This document shows, piece by piece, positions 29,116-39,339 of a stretch of DNA of 64,000 nt. The position numbers and the translations under genes were made by a program. The notes under the pieces were generated by a model. It was not told the origin of the DNA. It ran no database searches and was given only the letters and a program-made list of their open reading frames with translations. The DNA lies in the NCBI GenBank assembly GCA_963664815.2, contig CAXXHB010000003.1:4000001-4064000 (forward strand), written 5' to 3'. The stretch is from Spirochaetota bacterium. GTDB lineage: Bacteria; Spirochaetota; UBA4802; UBA5550. Position 1 is the stretch's first letter. Each line of letters begins with the position of its first letter.

Positions 29116-29553
29116 TCAACTGCAAGTTTTGATATAATTCCAGTATTTAATAAGTAGTTCTTCAAATTGCGCTTGTTCATTTTCCGAGAAACATTCTGCA
29201 GGATTATATACCTGATCCGGCAGGTTTTTTAATGACTTTTTCAGCATAATTACCTTTTTCCTCCCGATAGATGTTAATGTTACTTTAACCTGTTTCCCGT
29301 TTTCAGAATCTTTTGACTTTTTTACCCAGTTTTTTTTCTCCATATTTTTTATTACAACACTCGCGGTAGGGCGATCACAAAAAATGAGTTCGGCAATTTC
29401 TGAAGGATAAAAGTATACTCTTTCCGCAAGATACTTAAGAATTCGTTCCTGCTGAAAGGTAATATCATAGGCACTTAATTCTTTTTGTACCTGACGGCGA
29501 TAGGTGAGAAAAATGAAACCAATCATATTCATAATTTTAGGTTTTGATGACAT
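29116..29553 (-). CDS. MarR-family transcriptional regulator
   Basis: DITFQQ..IL..L, SEIAE....DRPTAS..IKNMEKKNWV.K..D..NGKQ..V.LT..G. Confidence 0.9.
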   Translation of the reverse strand: MSSKPKIMNMIGFIFLTYRRQVQKELSAYDITFQQERILKYLAERVYFYPSEIAELIFCDRPTASVVIKNMEKKNWVKKSKDSENGKQVKVTLTSIGRKKVIMLKKSLKNLPDQVYNPAECFSENEQAQFEELLIKYWNYIKTCS

Positions 29554-29570
29554 TAATATTTTTCCATTAA

Positions 29571-29582
29571 TTAGAACTCTAA
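29571..29582. promoter_or_regulatory. Candidate MarR operator palindrome
   Basis: TTAGA-AC-TCTAA just upstream of the marR start codon. Confidence 0.35.
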
Positions 29583-29646
29583 CTATAATTAAACTGTTAT
29601 TTTATACAAATCAAGAAAAAAGCATCAGAATAATATTATAAAAAAA

Positions 29647-30672
29647 TTATTTTAAATCTCTGTCACTTTCCCCGATAAATTCTTTTTTTGCTTTCAAGTG
29701 TTCCTTATAATTATTTGAAAAATGATGCTCACCATTACCTTTAACAACGAAGAAAAGATAATCTGTTTTAGCAGGATTTAATGCGGCACTTAACGACGAA
29801 AGCCCAGGGTTTGATATAGGTCCTAAAGGGAGTCCTCTATTTCGATATGTATTATAAGGGGAACTTATGTCAAGATCCTGAAAATATATTCTCTTTTTCG
29901 GAGAATCAAACAGGTATTGAATTGTAGCACATGATTCAAGAGGCATATCCCCTTTAAGCCTGTTGCTGAATACCGAAGCTATTAATGGTCTCTCCTCAAC
30001 AACCTTTGCCTCTCTTTCAACAATACTCGCAAGTATTACAAGGCGCTGTCTTTTTACTGCATCTTCAGGGAATCCACCTAGTTCTGATACCTTTTCAAAA
30101 AAATGTTCAACCATAAGAGAAATAATTTTTTCATCAGAATAACCCAGTGGAACAGTATAAGTGTCCGGAAACAAATAACCCTCAGTTGAAATACCGGAAA
30201 TCTTAAATCTGGATAAAATAGCCGGCGATGAAGCTATTTGTTTAAATCTTGCCTTTGATGTAAATAATCCCTTCTTCACCAGTTCCTCGGCAATCTGGCT
30301 GTTATTATAACCTTCAGGAACAGTAAATGTCACAGTTTTTGTCTTCCCACTTGTCAAAACATCAATTATCTGTGAAGGTTTCATCGAATCATCAAGAGTA
30401 TAAATTCCACGCTTCATGTCCCTGCTTTTTCGCGAAAGAGCAAGCATTATTTTAAAACCGGTTCTGCTTGTTATGATTGCATCTTTATAAAGAGCGGATG
30501 TCACTGCAGTGGCACCCCATCCGCTTTTTACGACAAAATCAATTTTATTACTTCCACTTCCGGAAGATCTGTTTATAAACAAATACCCTGCTGCGGCTGA
30601 CACCGCTGTCAGAATTATGATACAAAGAATAAGATGCCACCATTTAAATAAAAAAGCTTTCCCCGCAGTCAT
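29647..30672 (-). CDS. mltG: Endolytic transglycosylase MltG
   Basis: N-terminal TM, TVPEG, EGYLFPDTY, LASIVERE, SPYNTY..GLP.GPISNPG. ATG 30672 follows GAGG. Confidence 0.95.
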   Translation of the reverse strand: MTAGKAFLFKWWHLILCIIILTAVSAAAGYLFINRSSGSGSNKIDFVVKSGWGATAVTSALYKDAIITSRTGFKIMLALSRKSRDMKRGIYTLDDSMKPSQIIDVLTSGKTKTVTFTVPEGYNNSQIAEELVKKGLFTSKARFKQIASSPAILSRFKISGISTEGYLFPDTYTVPLGYSDEKIISLMVEHFFEKVSELGGFPEDAVKRQRLVILASIVEREAKVVEERPLIASVFSNRLKGDMPLESCATIQYLFDSPKKRIYFQDLDISSPYNTYRNRGLPLGPISNPGLSSLSAALNPAKTDYLFFVVKGNGEHHFSNNYKEHLKAKKEFIGESDRDLK

Positions 30673-30885
30673 TAGCAAAACCTCAAGTATATTATATAAT
30701 CCAGAAAGTTAACACTCCTAAAAAAGAAAAACATCCCCTATGCCCATAGAACGAAATGACATTATAATTATAAAGTCAATTTCTTTTTACTTATTGCCGG
30801 CAAATTGGAGTCAATTTTTTAGGAAGGCCCTACTTTTGCGAATTTCCGGATAAACATTCATCTGAGAAAAAGTTTAATATTTAAA

Positions 30886-31866
30886 TTAATTGTTAATTGC
30901 AACTGCTTCAGATTTGATAATATTTATGGCGCTGAATACAGATGAATAATCACCATTGGGATTCCATGCCACCCATCCTCTGGCATTTGTTTCTTCAACT
31001 CCTTTTATCTGAAAAGCGACATATTTATCAAGTTTCACCCTGGCATACTGTATGTTATAAGGGAACGCCTGAATATATGGTTGAACTGACACCTTTGTTC
31101 CCTGAAGTCTTTCAATTCCCTTAAGCACTCCGTCCTTCACCGTTTCACCAGGCTCACTCATCTTCTTACGGTCTTTGTTAAAATGGCTCGGATATAGCAT
31201 CGGGTAAATAACATCAGTATAAGCAGCAAATAGCTCAAGCTTCTGGCCGATTAAATCATCACGATTATACATAATGCGACCGAAAACATCCGCAGAAAGT
31301 TTTATTTTCCGCTCATCAGTTATCTTCCGGAAGTTTTTCAGCATCTCCTCGATAAACTCATATTTTTTTTTCAAAGGATAAGTTCTGCGGTCATCAACAA
31401 AACGTATATAGTCAAGTTGCACTTCGTCAAATCCTGATTCCGCAGCAGATGTGACAAGAGTAGTTAATGCTTTTAATTCCCCGGCAGAAACCGGCAGTTT
31501 ACTTATTCCATCCTGAAAACATACAACACGTGCTGCAATATAAATGTTTTCACTCTTCAGGTATTCAATTACCTTTCTGTTGATCTTGAGGTTTTTACTG
31601 CCGTAAGAATGGGCGTCAAATACAAGCATATTAATACCTGAATTACCACTTCTGGCCATGAGAGATTTTATAAATCTCAGATTGCGGCTCTGATAATTCG
31701 GGATATAGAGTCCCCTCATATATACTTTTGACTTTCCCGCTTCAGGTTTTACATCCTTAGAAGAAACAGCCTGGCCCGTTGTAGTCTGACATTGCAGAGT
31801 GAGCGCGAATAATAATATAACAGATATTCTCTTTATAGTTAAAAATTTCATTCTATAACCTATCAT
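30886..31866 (-). CDS. Putative glycoside hydrolase (DUF4015-type TIM barrel)
   Basis: IYIAARVVCFQD, GFDEVQLDYIRF, SADVFG, PMLYPSHF, PYIQAF, WN. Confidence 0.85.
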   Translation of the reverse strand: MIGYRMKFLTIKRISVILLFALTLQCQTTTGQAVSSKDVKPEAGKSKVYMRGLYIPNYQSRNLRFIKSLMARSGNSGINMLVFDAHSYGSKNLKINRKVIEYLKSENIYIAARVVCFQDGISKLPVSAGELKALTTLVTSAAESGFDEVQLDYIRFVDDRRTYPLKKKYEFIEEMLKNFRKITDERKIKLSADVFGRIMYNRDDLIGQKLELFAAYTDVIYPMLYPSHFNKDRKKMSEPGETVKDGVLKGIERLQGTKVSVQPYIQAFPYNIQYARVKLDKYVAFQIKGVEETNARGWVAWNPNGDYSSVFSAINIIKSEAVAINN

Positions 31867-31926
31867 ACAATATTAAATTCCTTCTTACATTTCACAATTG
31901 TACTGTTAAATTTCAATTAACAAATA

Positions 31927-33534
31927 CTAACTCAGGTTTTTCTTAAGCCATCCACTTAATTCACGCATCTCCTGTTCAACAAGTATCCCTCCGCCGTATC
32001 GGGAGTTATAAACTTTCTCTTTGAAATAGTTAAATTTATCCAATTCACCTGCGTTGAGTTTATCCTGATTTATCCTGTTTATCCCCTTGTCAGCAATGAA
32101 AAGAAACATTTCATGGTTTTGATCTCTCATCGCAGCCTGCATATTTTTCAGAATATCATCCTTTACATTCTCAGCAATTATAGTGGTCTCATCATTATTG
32201 TCAATTTTTAACTCAGAGCTGATCATCCTTATTTTTTTTCTTTCCCACATAACAAGTGCAACAATGGATATGATAAACCCGGCCGATATCAGTATTATTA
32301 TTAAATAATTGATTTTACCACCGGATGAAACTTCTGTTGAAAACTGCACCTCTCCTTTATTATCAGAATTCTTTTCCTTTTTTATTTCAAAAGAAAAGGG
32401 CTCACTTTCGGCCTTTTCATATGTTTTCTTATATGGATTAAAATATTCAATATATATCCGCCCTGTATTTATTCTTCCTGTATCATTTTCAATTTGTGGA
32501 ATAACTGTTATAAGAAAATTTTTCTCCCCTGTCAATCCATTACTATCGACAGAAAGAGTCTGTTCTTTTTCTTCAACTACAAATTTAATCCCATCTTCAT
32601 TTTCAACAACCGGTTTAGACAGAGTAAGCAAATTTCCTCTACCGGACACTTTTACCGGAATCCTGATCTCCTCAAATAAACTGAACTTCCCTGCCGGTGG
32701 GTGACTTTCAATTTTAAACTCGCCGACATCTCCGTTGAATTTATCAGGTTTTCCTGATACTGGAATAGGGATTACTTTTATTTTTTTCCGAGGGAAAAGA
32801 ATCCTTTTCCTTCCGCTCATTGAAAAAAATCCCTGTGACATCTCCTCTACAACGTCAACTGAACCACCTCCTATTTCATGAACGCCTGCTTCGACCGGAA
32901 CCAGACAGAATGACCCCACATAAGTTTTATCTGATTCATTCTTTTTTTCATCAAGAACTTTCATCACGAATCCCTTGACATGAGGCTGATCGCTGAATCC
33001 CTCAATTTGCGGCGGTTCTCCACCATTATCATAAATAAAATATCTCATTATAAAAGGTTCACCGGAATAAACTGTCTCTGCTGACAGCGCTACATCACCA
33101 CGAGTTATACCTCCACCATTGCCGGCTTTACCAGAGGATGGCTCCCTGACTATAAGAGTAACCTCACGTGAAACGACATTCTCTCCGTCTGCTTCAAGAA
33201 TAAACGGAGGAATTTTATATTCCCCTTTTTTTTCACCATAAATTGAAAAACTGAGAACCGTTCCTGACCATGTTTTCCCGTTTATAAACTGGAAGCTCCG
33301 CGATGAGCCTGAAAATGAGATTTGCAGACCATTGACTGCAGGGAATTTAACCGGTTTAACTTTTCCAGATTTTCCTGTTATCTTTATTTTTAAAGACGCT
33401 GATTCTCCTGCAGCAATCTTTGAGGGAGTCAATTCTGTTTCAATTTCAACAGCAAATAATCTGTTGCATATAAAGACAAAGAGAAGAACAAAAAGTATTC
33501 TACCAGAATTTTTCAAGATATCTTTTCCCATCAC
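31927..33534 (-). CDS. batD: BatD-family protein
   Basis: SSRSFQFING, G.Y.IPPF, F.G.VG.F, SGRGNL, C-terminal TM; last gene of the bat operon. Confidence 0.8.
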   Translation of the reverse strand: MMGKDILKNSGRILFVLLFVFICNRLFAVEIETELTPSKIAAGESASLKIKITGKSGKVKPVKFPAVNGLQISFSGSSRSFQFINGKTWSGTVLSFSIYGEKKGEYKIPPFILEADGENVVSREVTLIVREPSSGKAGNGGGITRGDVALSAETVYSGEPFIMRYFIYDNGGEPPQIEGFSDQPHVKGFVMKVLDEKKNESDKTYVGSFCLVPVEAGVHEIGGGSVDVVEEMSQGFFSMSGRKRILFPRKKIKVIPIPVSGKPDKFNGDVGEFKIESHPPAGKFSLFEEIRIPVKVSGRGNLLTLSKPVVENEDGIKFVVEEKEQTLSVDSNGLTGEKNFLITVIPQIENDTGRINTGRIYIEYFNPYKKTYEKAESEPFSFEIKKEKNSDNKGEVQFSTEVSSGGKINYLIIILISAGFIISIVALVMWERKKIRMISSELKIDNNDETTIIAENVKDDILKNMQAAMRDQNHEMFLFIADKGINRINQDKLNAGELDKFNYFKEKVYNSRYGGGILVEQEMRELSGWLKKNLS

Positions 33535-34147
33535 CTTTACCCTTCTGCTTTCTTACAGGTTTATTCTTCATTGACTCAAGCAGATTCCTGGTCTGAATGT
33601 TTTTCATTTTATTTTCGTTGTTCATAGTTTCATTATCTTGTTTGTCTTTCATGCTTTTATCTTTACTATTTCCCTTTTCTCCATCAGCACGGCTGCCATC
33701 ATTTTCATTCTGATCTTTTTTCTTCTGTTCTTTTAAAAGATACTCAAGGTTCTTTTTTGCCTTTTCGTAAGCTGGATCAATCTCAAGAGCTTTAATAAAA
33801 TTATCTGCAGCTTCCTTATATTTTTTCTGTTTAAGATAGGAGTTGCCGATGTTAAACAGCGCCTTTTTCTGTATATCGGGATTCTCAGATGAAATTGAGT
33901 TTTTAAATTTGTCAACAGCTATATCATAGTTGCCGGACTGATAATGTGCATCACCCTTATTGAAATCAAGCATAGCCTTACTTTTTTCATCAGGTAGATA
34001 TTTCTCAGCCATTTTATAATGTTCAAGAGCTTTATTTAGTTCTTTATTATTATAACTGTTGTTCCCTTTTTCAACCTCATCTTTGAAAGGATCAATCCAT
34101 GCTGAAAAAACAAAAACTGCAAATATTATAATAAATATTTTTTTCAT
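33500..34147 (-). CDS. batC: TPR protein (BatC-like)
   Basis: TPR motifs FNKGDAHY, ALFNIGNSY..AL..DP...AKKNLE; charged C-terminal tail. Confidence 0.75.
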   Translation of the reverse strand: MKKIFIIIFAVFVFSAWIDPFKDEVEKGNNSYNNKELNKALEHYKMAEKYLPDEKSKAMLDFNKGDAHYQSGNYDIAVDKFKNSISSENPDIQKKALFNIGNSYLKQKKYKEAADNFIKALEIDPAYEKAKKNLEYLLKEQKKKDQNENDGSRADGEKGNSKDKSMKDKQDNETMNNENKMKNIQTRNLLESMKNKPVRKQKGKGDGKRYLEKFW

Positions 34148-34156
34148 ATTGCCTAT

Positions 34157-35173
34157 TTATCCTTTATGCCAGTTTATGTTTTTTCTCTCAGGAATAACAA
34201 ATTCAGCAGAAAGCAGAAGAATAAGTACTACCATAAAAATATAGGTTCTGTCTATTTTCTCCTTAACCATTCTTGAACCATAATCTTTGTTTTCTCTTCC
34301 TGCAATCAGATTTAATATCCTTCCGAGACCAGAAAAGTTATCCGTTATATCAATATAGAATCCGCCGGTTTTGTCAGCAAGCTGCCTGAGCAAATCTTCA
34401 TTTTTCCCTGTTTTTATAAGAGAACCGCTGCTGTCCCTGTAGAAACTTTCAGCACCTTCACTTCCTTCGGCAGGGATAAAATCACCATTCTTACCTATTC
34501 CTGCCGCATAAACCGCAACCCCCATCTCTCTGAACTTTTCAACTTCAACCTCGACTCCACCTTCATGATCTTCTCCATCTGTTATTACAATAAGCATTCT
34601 TGATGTGAGCCTCTTTTTCTGATAGACCTTCCGAGCCTCCGCCAGCATTCTCCCTATATCTGTTCCCTGAACTCTTAACGAATCGGGACTCACTGAATCA
34701 AGAAACATCATGAAAGCACCAATGTCATTTGTAAGTGGACACTGAAGAAAAGAATCTCCGGCAAAAATTAAGAGTCCTATCCGGTCACCATCGAGAGACT
34801 GGGCAATCAGTCTTACGGCACTCTTTGCCTTTTCAAGCCGTGATGGATTAACATCCTTTGCCAGCATACTCATGCTGACGTCAAGAGCGATGAGAACATC
34901 TGTACCCTCGCTGGAAGTCTCTTTTACCCTGTCTCCCCATCCTGGCCCAAGCAGAACAATACATGAGACAATTACTGCAAGAAGAATTAACGCTTCTTTC
35001 ACTAACATTCTTGAGTAAAGTCCTGAAATAATTTTTTTTGCAGCATCTCTGCTTCCCGCTGCTGATACAACCGCCATTCTCCTCCATATTGAATAAAAAA
35101 TATGAAACGCGGTTACCGCACATCCGATAATAAAAATATATACTATGTAATTATAATTAGAAAATGCAATCAT
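34157..35173 (-). CDS. batB: VWA-domain protein BatB
   Basis: DVSMSM MIDAS motif, PSRLEKAK, DRIGLLIFAG, PLTND, ITDGEDHEG. Confidence 0.88.
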   Translation of the reverse strand: MIAFSNYNYIVYIFIIGCAVTAFHIFYSIWRRMAVVSAAGSRDAAKKIISGLYSRMLVKEALILLAVIVSCIVLLGPGWGDRVKETSSEGTDVLIALDVSMSMLAKDVNPSRLEKAKSAVRLIAQSLDGDRIGLLIFAGDSFLQCPLTNDIGAFMMFLDSVSPDSLRVQGTDIGRMLAEARKVYQKKRLTSRMLIVITDGEDHEGGVEVEVEKFREMGVAVYAAGIGKNGDFIPAEGSEGAESFYRDSSGSLIKTGKNEDLLRQLADKTGGFYIDITDNFSGLGRILNLIAGRENKDYGSRMVKEKIDRTYIFMVVLILLLSAEFVIPERKNINWHKG

Positions 35174-36168
35174 GGCAGCTTCCTGTAATAAAGTGATCGA
35201 AGCAGTACCTCAATAAAAAAAAGGGTAATTCCGGTAATCAATATCCATCCCGATCTGTCATCAAATTCATGGTAGACCTTCAGGTCACTTACAGACTTTT
35301 CAAGCTTGTCTATCTGATCCATCGTTGCACTGAATACTCCGGTTGAATCAGCCCTGAAATATACCCCGCCAGTTGTTTCTGCAGTCTTCCTGAGTGATTC
35401 CTCATTGAAATGATTAAACAAATACTGCTTGGGAAACATCGGTCCTGCCGGATTCGGATACGGTACCTTTCCATCCTGCCCTATTCCAACAGTATAAATC
35501 TTTATATTAAGATCAGCACATGTTTTTGCAGCTGTTTCAGGGTCAATCTCACCACGGTTATTCATTCCGTCTGTAATAAGAAGTATCATCTTACCCTTTG
35601 CCTTACTCTCCATCATTCTCGATGCTGACAGTGCAAGTGCATCACCTATTGCTGTTCCATCCTCGCTAACGCTGTCAAAATCCAGATCGGCTATAATCTC
35701 ATTTATTATTTCATGATCGACTGTAAGTGGCGATTGAAGATACGCATCTCCTGCAAAAACTACAAGTCCAATACGATCATTTCTCCTTCTGCTGATGAAA
35801 TCTGAAACAACCTTTTTAGCCACCTCAAGTCTATTTTCCGGTTGAAAATCCTCACCTCTCATAGACCCCGAAAGATCAAGTGCAACAATAATATCTATTC
35901 CCTGATTTTTAATGCTTGTATAAGATATTTTTTTCCCTGGAGCTGCAAGAGCAATAATGAGGAAGAAGAGTGAGATAAATCTTATATACCCTACATAGGG
36001 ATATGATTTAGTTTTTAAATTCTCTCTCTTTTTAAGAACGTCCGTCGAGGAAACTGCTATAGCAGAATCCTTTCTTCCTGTTTCTTTGAAAATATAAAAA
36101 TATAAATAGATGAAAAACGGGATCAGAAACAGTAGAAAAAAAGGGTATTTAAAGCCTAACTGTTCCAT
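35170..36168 (-). CDS. batA: VWA-domain protein BatA
   Basis: GIDIIVALDLSGSM..EDF.P.NRL, DRIGLVVFAG, PLT.D, GTAIGDAL, ITDG.NN.G.I.P. Confidence 0.9.
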   Translation of the reverse strand: MEQLGFKYPFFLLFLIPFFIYLYFYIFKETGRKDSAIAVSSTDVLKKRENLKTKSYPYVGYIRFISLFFLIIALAAPGKKISYTSIKNQGIDIIVALDLSGSMRGEDFQPENRLEVAKKVVSDFISRRRNDRIGLVVFAGDAYLQSPLTVDHEIINEIIADLDFDSVSEDGTAIGDALALSASRMMESKAKGKMILLITDGMNNRGEIDPETAAKTCADLNIKIYTVGIGQDGKVPYPNPAGPMFPKQYLFNHFNEESLRKTAETTGGVYFRADSTGVFSATMDQIDKLEKSVSDLKVYHEFDDRSGWILITGITLFFIEVLLRSLYYRKLP

Positions 36169-37204
36169 TATTCACCCTTTCATTTTCCAAAAGTATTCCC
36201 TGCTCAGAAATTCCGGATATTTTTTTTGCAACTGAAATTGTGGCATCCAGATTTTCCAGTAGCAGCTCAGCAGAAGGAGTAAATTCCGCGAATTTGGAAA
36301 AATCCCAAAGTCTCATATTGCTTATAATCTCCTCACCATAAATTGAATAGAGTTCTCCCGGCATATTCGTTTTTATACATGAAGCAATCTCAACTGTCGT
36401 CATCTCTGCAGCATCAAAATTCAGCATCATCGAAAGATAGCGCCTGAATATAATTGATATATCAAAAACATATTCGTTGATCTTCCCTTTTTTAATTAAT
36501 TCTCTCAGCTTCAGTGATTCAACTTCATTAAGAAAAACTTCAATTGGAGGGAGAGAAAGTTCTTCAACTTTGACAGGTCTTTTTCTCTTTTTTAGATAGA
36601 TAATAATCGCAGCTAGTACAGCCCCGATAAGTACGACTGCCACAATAATCCAAATAATCCTTGTATAATTTCCGGATAGTGACACAGGAGGCTCAATCTC
36701 TTCAAGAGCACCATCCCTGTTGACCTCTTCAATTGTAATCGTTGGTATCCTGTAACCGACAGCTATTCCGTCACTTCCGGCAACTTTAATTTCAGGAAGA
36801 ATATAGTTCCCCGGTCTGTAATAACTGATTATTATTTTAACTGTAATCTGTTTACTCCCGTTTATGTCTGTCTCTTCACGGGATGCGTTATTTATAATAT
36901 ATAAAGGAACATATTCCCCCGATGATTTCTCTTTTTCACCGGAGACATTTTTATTGTTATTCTTTTTTTCTTTTTTATCATCCTCTTTTACAGGATAAAC
37001 AATCTTCTTGTCAGGGAGGGTAATCTTCAAAGTATCGGGCTTAATACCATTAATATTAAGAGTATATATAAGAGGCTGGCCAACAGTCCCCTTCTCAGGA
37101 GTAACCAGGGCATTAAGTGAAGGACCAGAGGCATATAAATATTTTCCGGTAAAGCTTATCAGTAAAATATAAAGAACAGTAATTATAATTTTATTTCTTT
37201 TCAT
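36149..37204 (-). CDS. Bat-operon membrane protein (BatD-like N-terminus, one TM)
   Basis: Signal peptide, central TM, RRYL...AAEMTT.E, KFA; lies between DUF58 and batA. Confidence 0.75.
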   Translation of the reverse strand: MKRNKIIITVLYILLISFTGKYLYASGPSLNALVTPEKGTVGQPLIYTLNINGIKPDTLKITLPDKKIVYPVKEDDKKEKKNNNKNVSGEKEKSSGEYVPLYIINNASREETDINGSKQITVKIIISYYRPGNYILPEIKVAGSDGIAVGYRIPTITIEEVNRDGALEEIEPPVSLSGNYTRIIWIIVAVVLIGAVLAAIIIYLKKRKRPVKVEELSLPPIEVFLNEVESLKLRELIKKGKINEYVFDISIIFRRYLSMMLNFDAAEMTTVEIASCIKTNMPGELYSIYGEEIISNMRLWDFSKFAEFTPSAELLLENLDATISVAKKISGISEQGILLENERVNNGTVRL

Positions 37205-37216
37205 AACGGCGGAATA

Positions 37217-38044
37217 TCAGCTGGCTTTTATTCTTTTGGAAAAAAACTTTAATACAGGAATTTCTATCAGCTCGTCTGTCTTTAACTTAATCGTATTAAA
37301 CTCGCCTGTATCGGGAAAGTTAAGCTTCACAGGAATCGAGTCAGACAAAAATGTTTTCCCTGATTCAAGATCTAAATACTCTGTAAGTCCAAAAAACTTC
37401 ATACCATACTCTACCGGATCATAAACCTGTACCGGAATAACATCATGTTTCTTTGACATAAGACGCAGCTTTGGCAGGTAGTCACCAGTTGTATCAACAA
37501 AATCTGAAATTACAAAAACAACACTGCGCTTCTTCATAACACGTTGCATAAAAACAGCTGCCGCTGAAATATTCGTTTTTCTGCTTTGTGGTCTGCATTT
37601 TATCACTTCGTCGAGTACTTTAAGAACATACTTTTTACCTTTACCAGGGCGTATAAATTTTTCAACCCTGTCTGAAAACAGTATCACCGAAACACGATCA
37701 TTATTCATATTAGCAAGATAAAGCATCATAGCAAGAAATTCGAGTATTACTTCTTTCTTCTTCCTGTTAATACCGAAATCTGTAGAACCTGAAATATCTA
37801 CCATAAACACCAGGGAAAGCTCTCTCTCTTCAATATACTCTTTTATGAAAAGATGATTCATCCTTGCAGAAACATTCCAATCTATGCGGCGCACATCATC
37901 ACCGGGAGTATATTCCCTAACTGAATCAAAAGAAAGGCCATATCCACGGAATGCAGATCTATATTCTCCGGAAAACATTGTATTAATTTTTTTACCGGTT
38001 TCAATCCTTATCTTTTTAAGAAGGGCAACCTCTCGTGAGTCCAA
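37217..38044 (-). CDS. DUF58-family protein
   Basis: GEYRSAFRG.GL.F..VREY.PGDDVRRIDWNVSAR, VDISGS, ISDF. Confidence 0.92.
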   Translation of the reverse strand: MDSREVALLKKIRIETGKKINTMFSGEYRSAFRGYGLSFDSVREYTPGDDVRRIDWNVSARMNHLFIKEYIEERELSLVFMVDISGSTDFGINRKKKEVILEFLAMMLYLANMNNDRVSVILFSDRVEKFIRPGKGKKYVLKVLDEVIKCRPQSRKTNISAAAVFMQRVMKKRSVVFVISDFVDTTGDYLPKLRLMSKKHDVIPVQVYDPVEYGMKFFGLTEYLDLESGKTFLSDSIPVKLNFPDTGEFNTIKLKTDELIEIPVLKFFSKRIKAS

Positions 38045-39049
38045 TCAGGGAACCTCCACCGAATCAAAAACAAGCTTCACAATATCATCGGCGTTTTTGC
38101 CGTCAGCTTCCGCCTCATATGAAAGAATTATTCTATGCCTCAGAACATCGGCGCCTATTTCCTTTATATCATCCGGGGTAACAAAACCGCGACCCCGAAT
38201 AAAAGCCATGCATCTTGAAGCTTTCATGAGAGATATCGAAGCTCTGGGGCTTGCACCAAAATCAATATATTTTTTTACTTCTTTACGTGAAGGATTTCTG
38301 GTCTCTGAAACTACAGAGACTATATATTTTAAAAGTTTATCGTTGATATATATACTCTCGACAAGTTCATTCTTCGCTTTTATCTCAACCGGAGAAATAA
38401 TTTTTCGTATCCGATCGGCGCTGATATCCTTGAATCTGCGAAGTATTTCTATCTCATCCTCCTGAGAAGGATATCCTACAAGCACTTTCATAAAGAATCT
38501 GTCCAGTTGCGCCTCAGGAAGAGGATATGTACCCTCCTGTTCTATAGGATTTTCTGTAGCAAGTACCATAAACGGTTCTGGAAGCTGAAACGTTGTACTG
38601 CCTATTGTTACCTGCTTCTCTTCCATTGCCTGAAGAAGAGCTGACTGTACCTTGGCAGGTGCCCTGTTAATTTCATCGGCAAGAAGAATGTTCGTAAACA
38701 AAGGTCCTTTTCTTGTAAAGAAATCAAGTTCCCTGGGATTGTAAATCTGTGTTCCGGTGAGATCAGCCGGAAGAAGATCTGGAGTAAACTGGATACGCAT
38801 AAAATCCGTGTCAATGGCTCTTGCGAAAGCTCTTACTGCCAGTGTCTTTGCAAGACCGGGAAGCCCCTCAAGGAGTATGTGGCCACCAACCATAAAAGAT
38901 ATAATAATACGCTCAACAAGCTTCTCCTGCCCGATAATGGCAGATGATATTTCGTTTCTGATATCATTTACAAATGCATTCTCACTTTTTACCTGTTGTG
39001 TGAGCTTTTCAATTTCTGTAAAATCCATATATTGCTCCGGAGTAACCAT
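38045..39049 (-). CDS. moxR: MoxR-family AAA+ ATPase
   Basis: HILLEGLPGLAKT, RIQFTPDLLPAD, LADEINRAPAKVQSALL, NPIEQEGTYPLPEAQLDRF, GASPR. Confidence 0.96.
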   Translation of the reverse strand: MVTPEQYMDFTEIEKLTQQVKSENAFVNDIRNEISSAIIGQEKLVERIIISFMVGGHILLEGLPGLAKTLAVRAFARAIDTDFMRIQFTPDLLPADLTGTQIYNPRELDFFTRKGPLFTNILLADEINRAPAKVQSALLQAMEEKQVTIGSTTFQLPEPFMVLATENPIEQEGTYPLPEAQLDRFFMKVLVGYPSQEDEIEILRRFKDISADRIRKIISPVEIKAKNELVESIYINDKLLKYIVSVVSETRNPSRKEVKKYIDFGASPRASISLMKASRCMAFIRGRGFVTPDDIKEIGADVLRHRIILSYEAEADGKNADDIVKLVFDSVEVP

Positions 39050-39339
39050 AAATATTTATAATAATATTCTAATTTCTTTGTTGAAATTAAAATTTATAAT
39101 CCCTTTTGTGATTCCTTTCATAAACCTCAGCATGCTTAATCTTAACTCATCTATAAATATTATTTTATTCCAAAAGGAATTTTTAAAATTATATATATTC
39201 ATTTCACATATATCAATAAATAACAAATAAAAATCCCACTCACAAGTAACCGTTGGGAATAAATTCCTCTAAATAGTTCTCAGCTTAATGTTTTCTCTGA
39301 TAAACTTATTTGTTTCATGTTACAAAGTTTTAAAAAAAA

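Noticed and set aside
31927-39049. MoxR-DUF58-VWA-TPR cluster as a novel system
   Set aside because: It matches the known Bat operon of Bacteroides and Leptospira in content and order.
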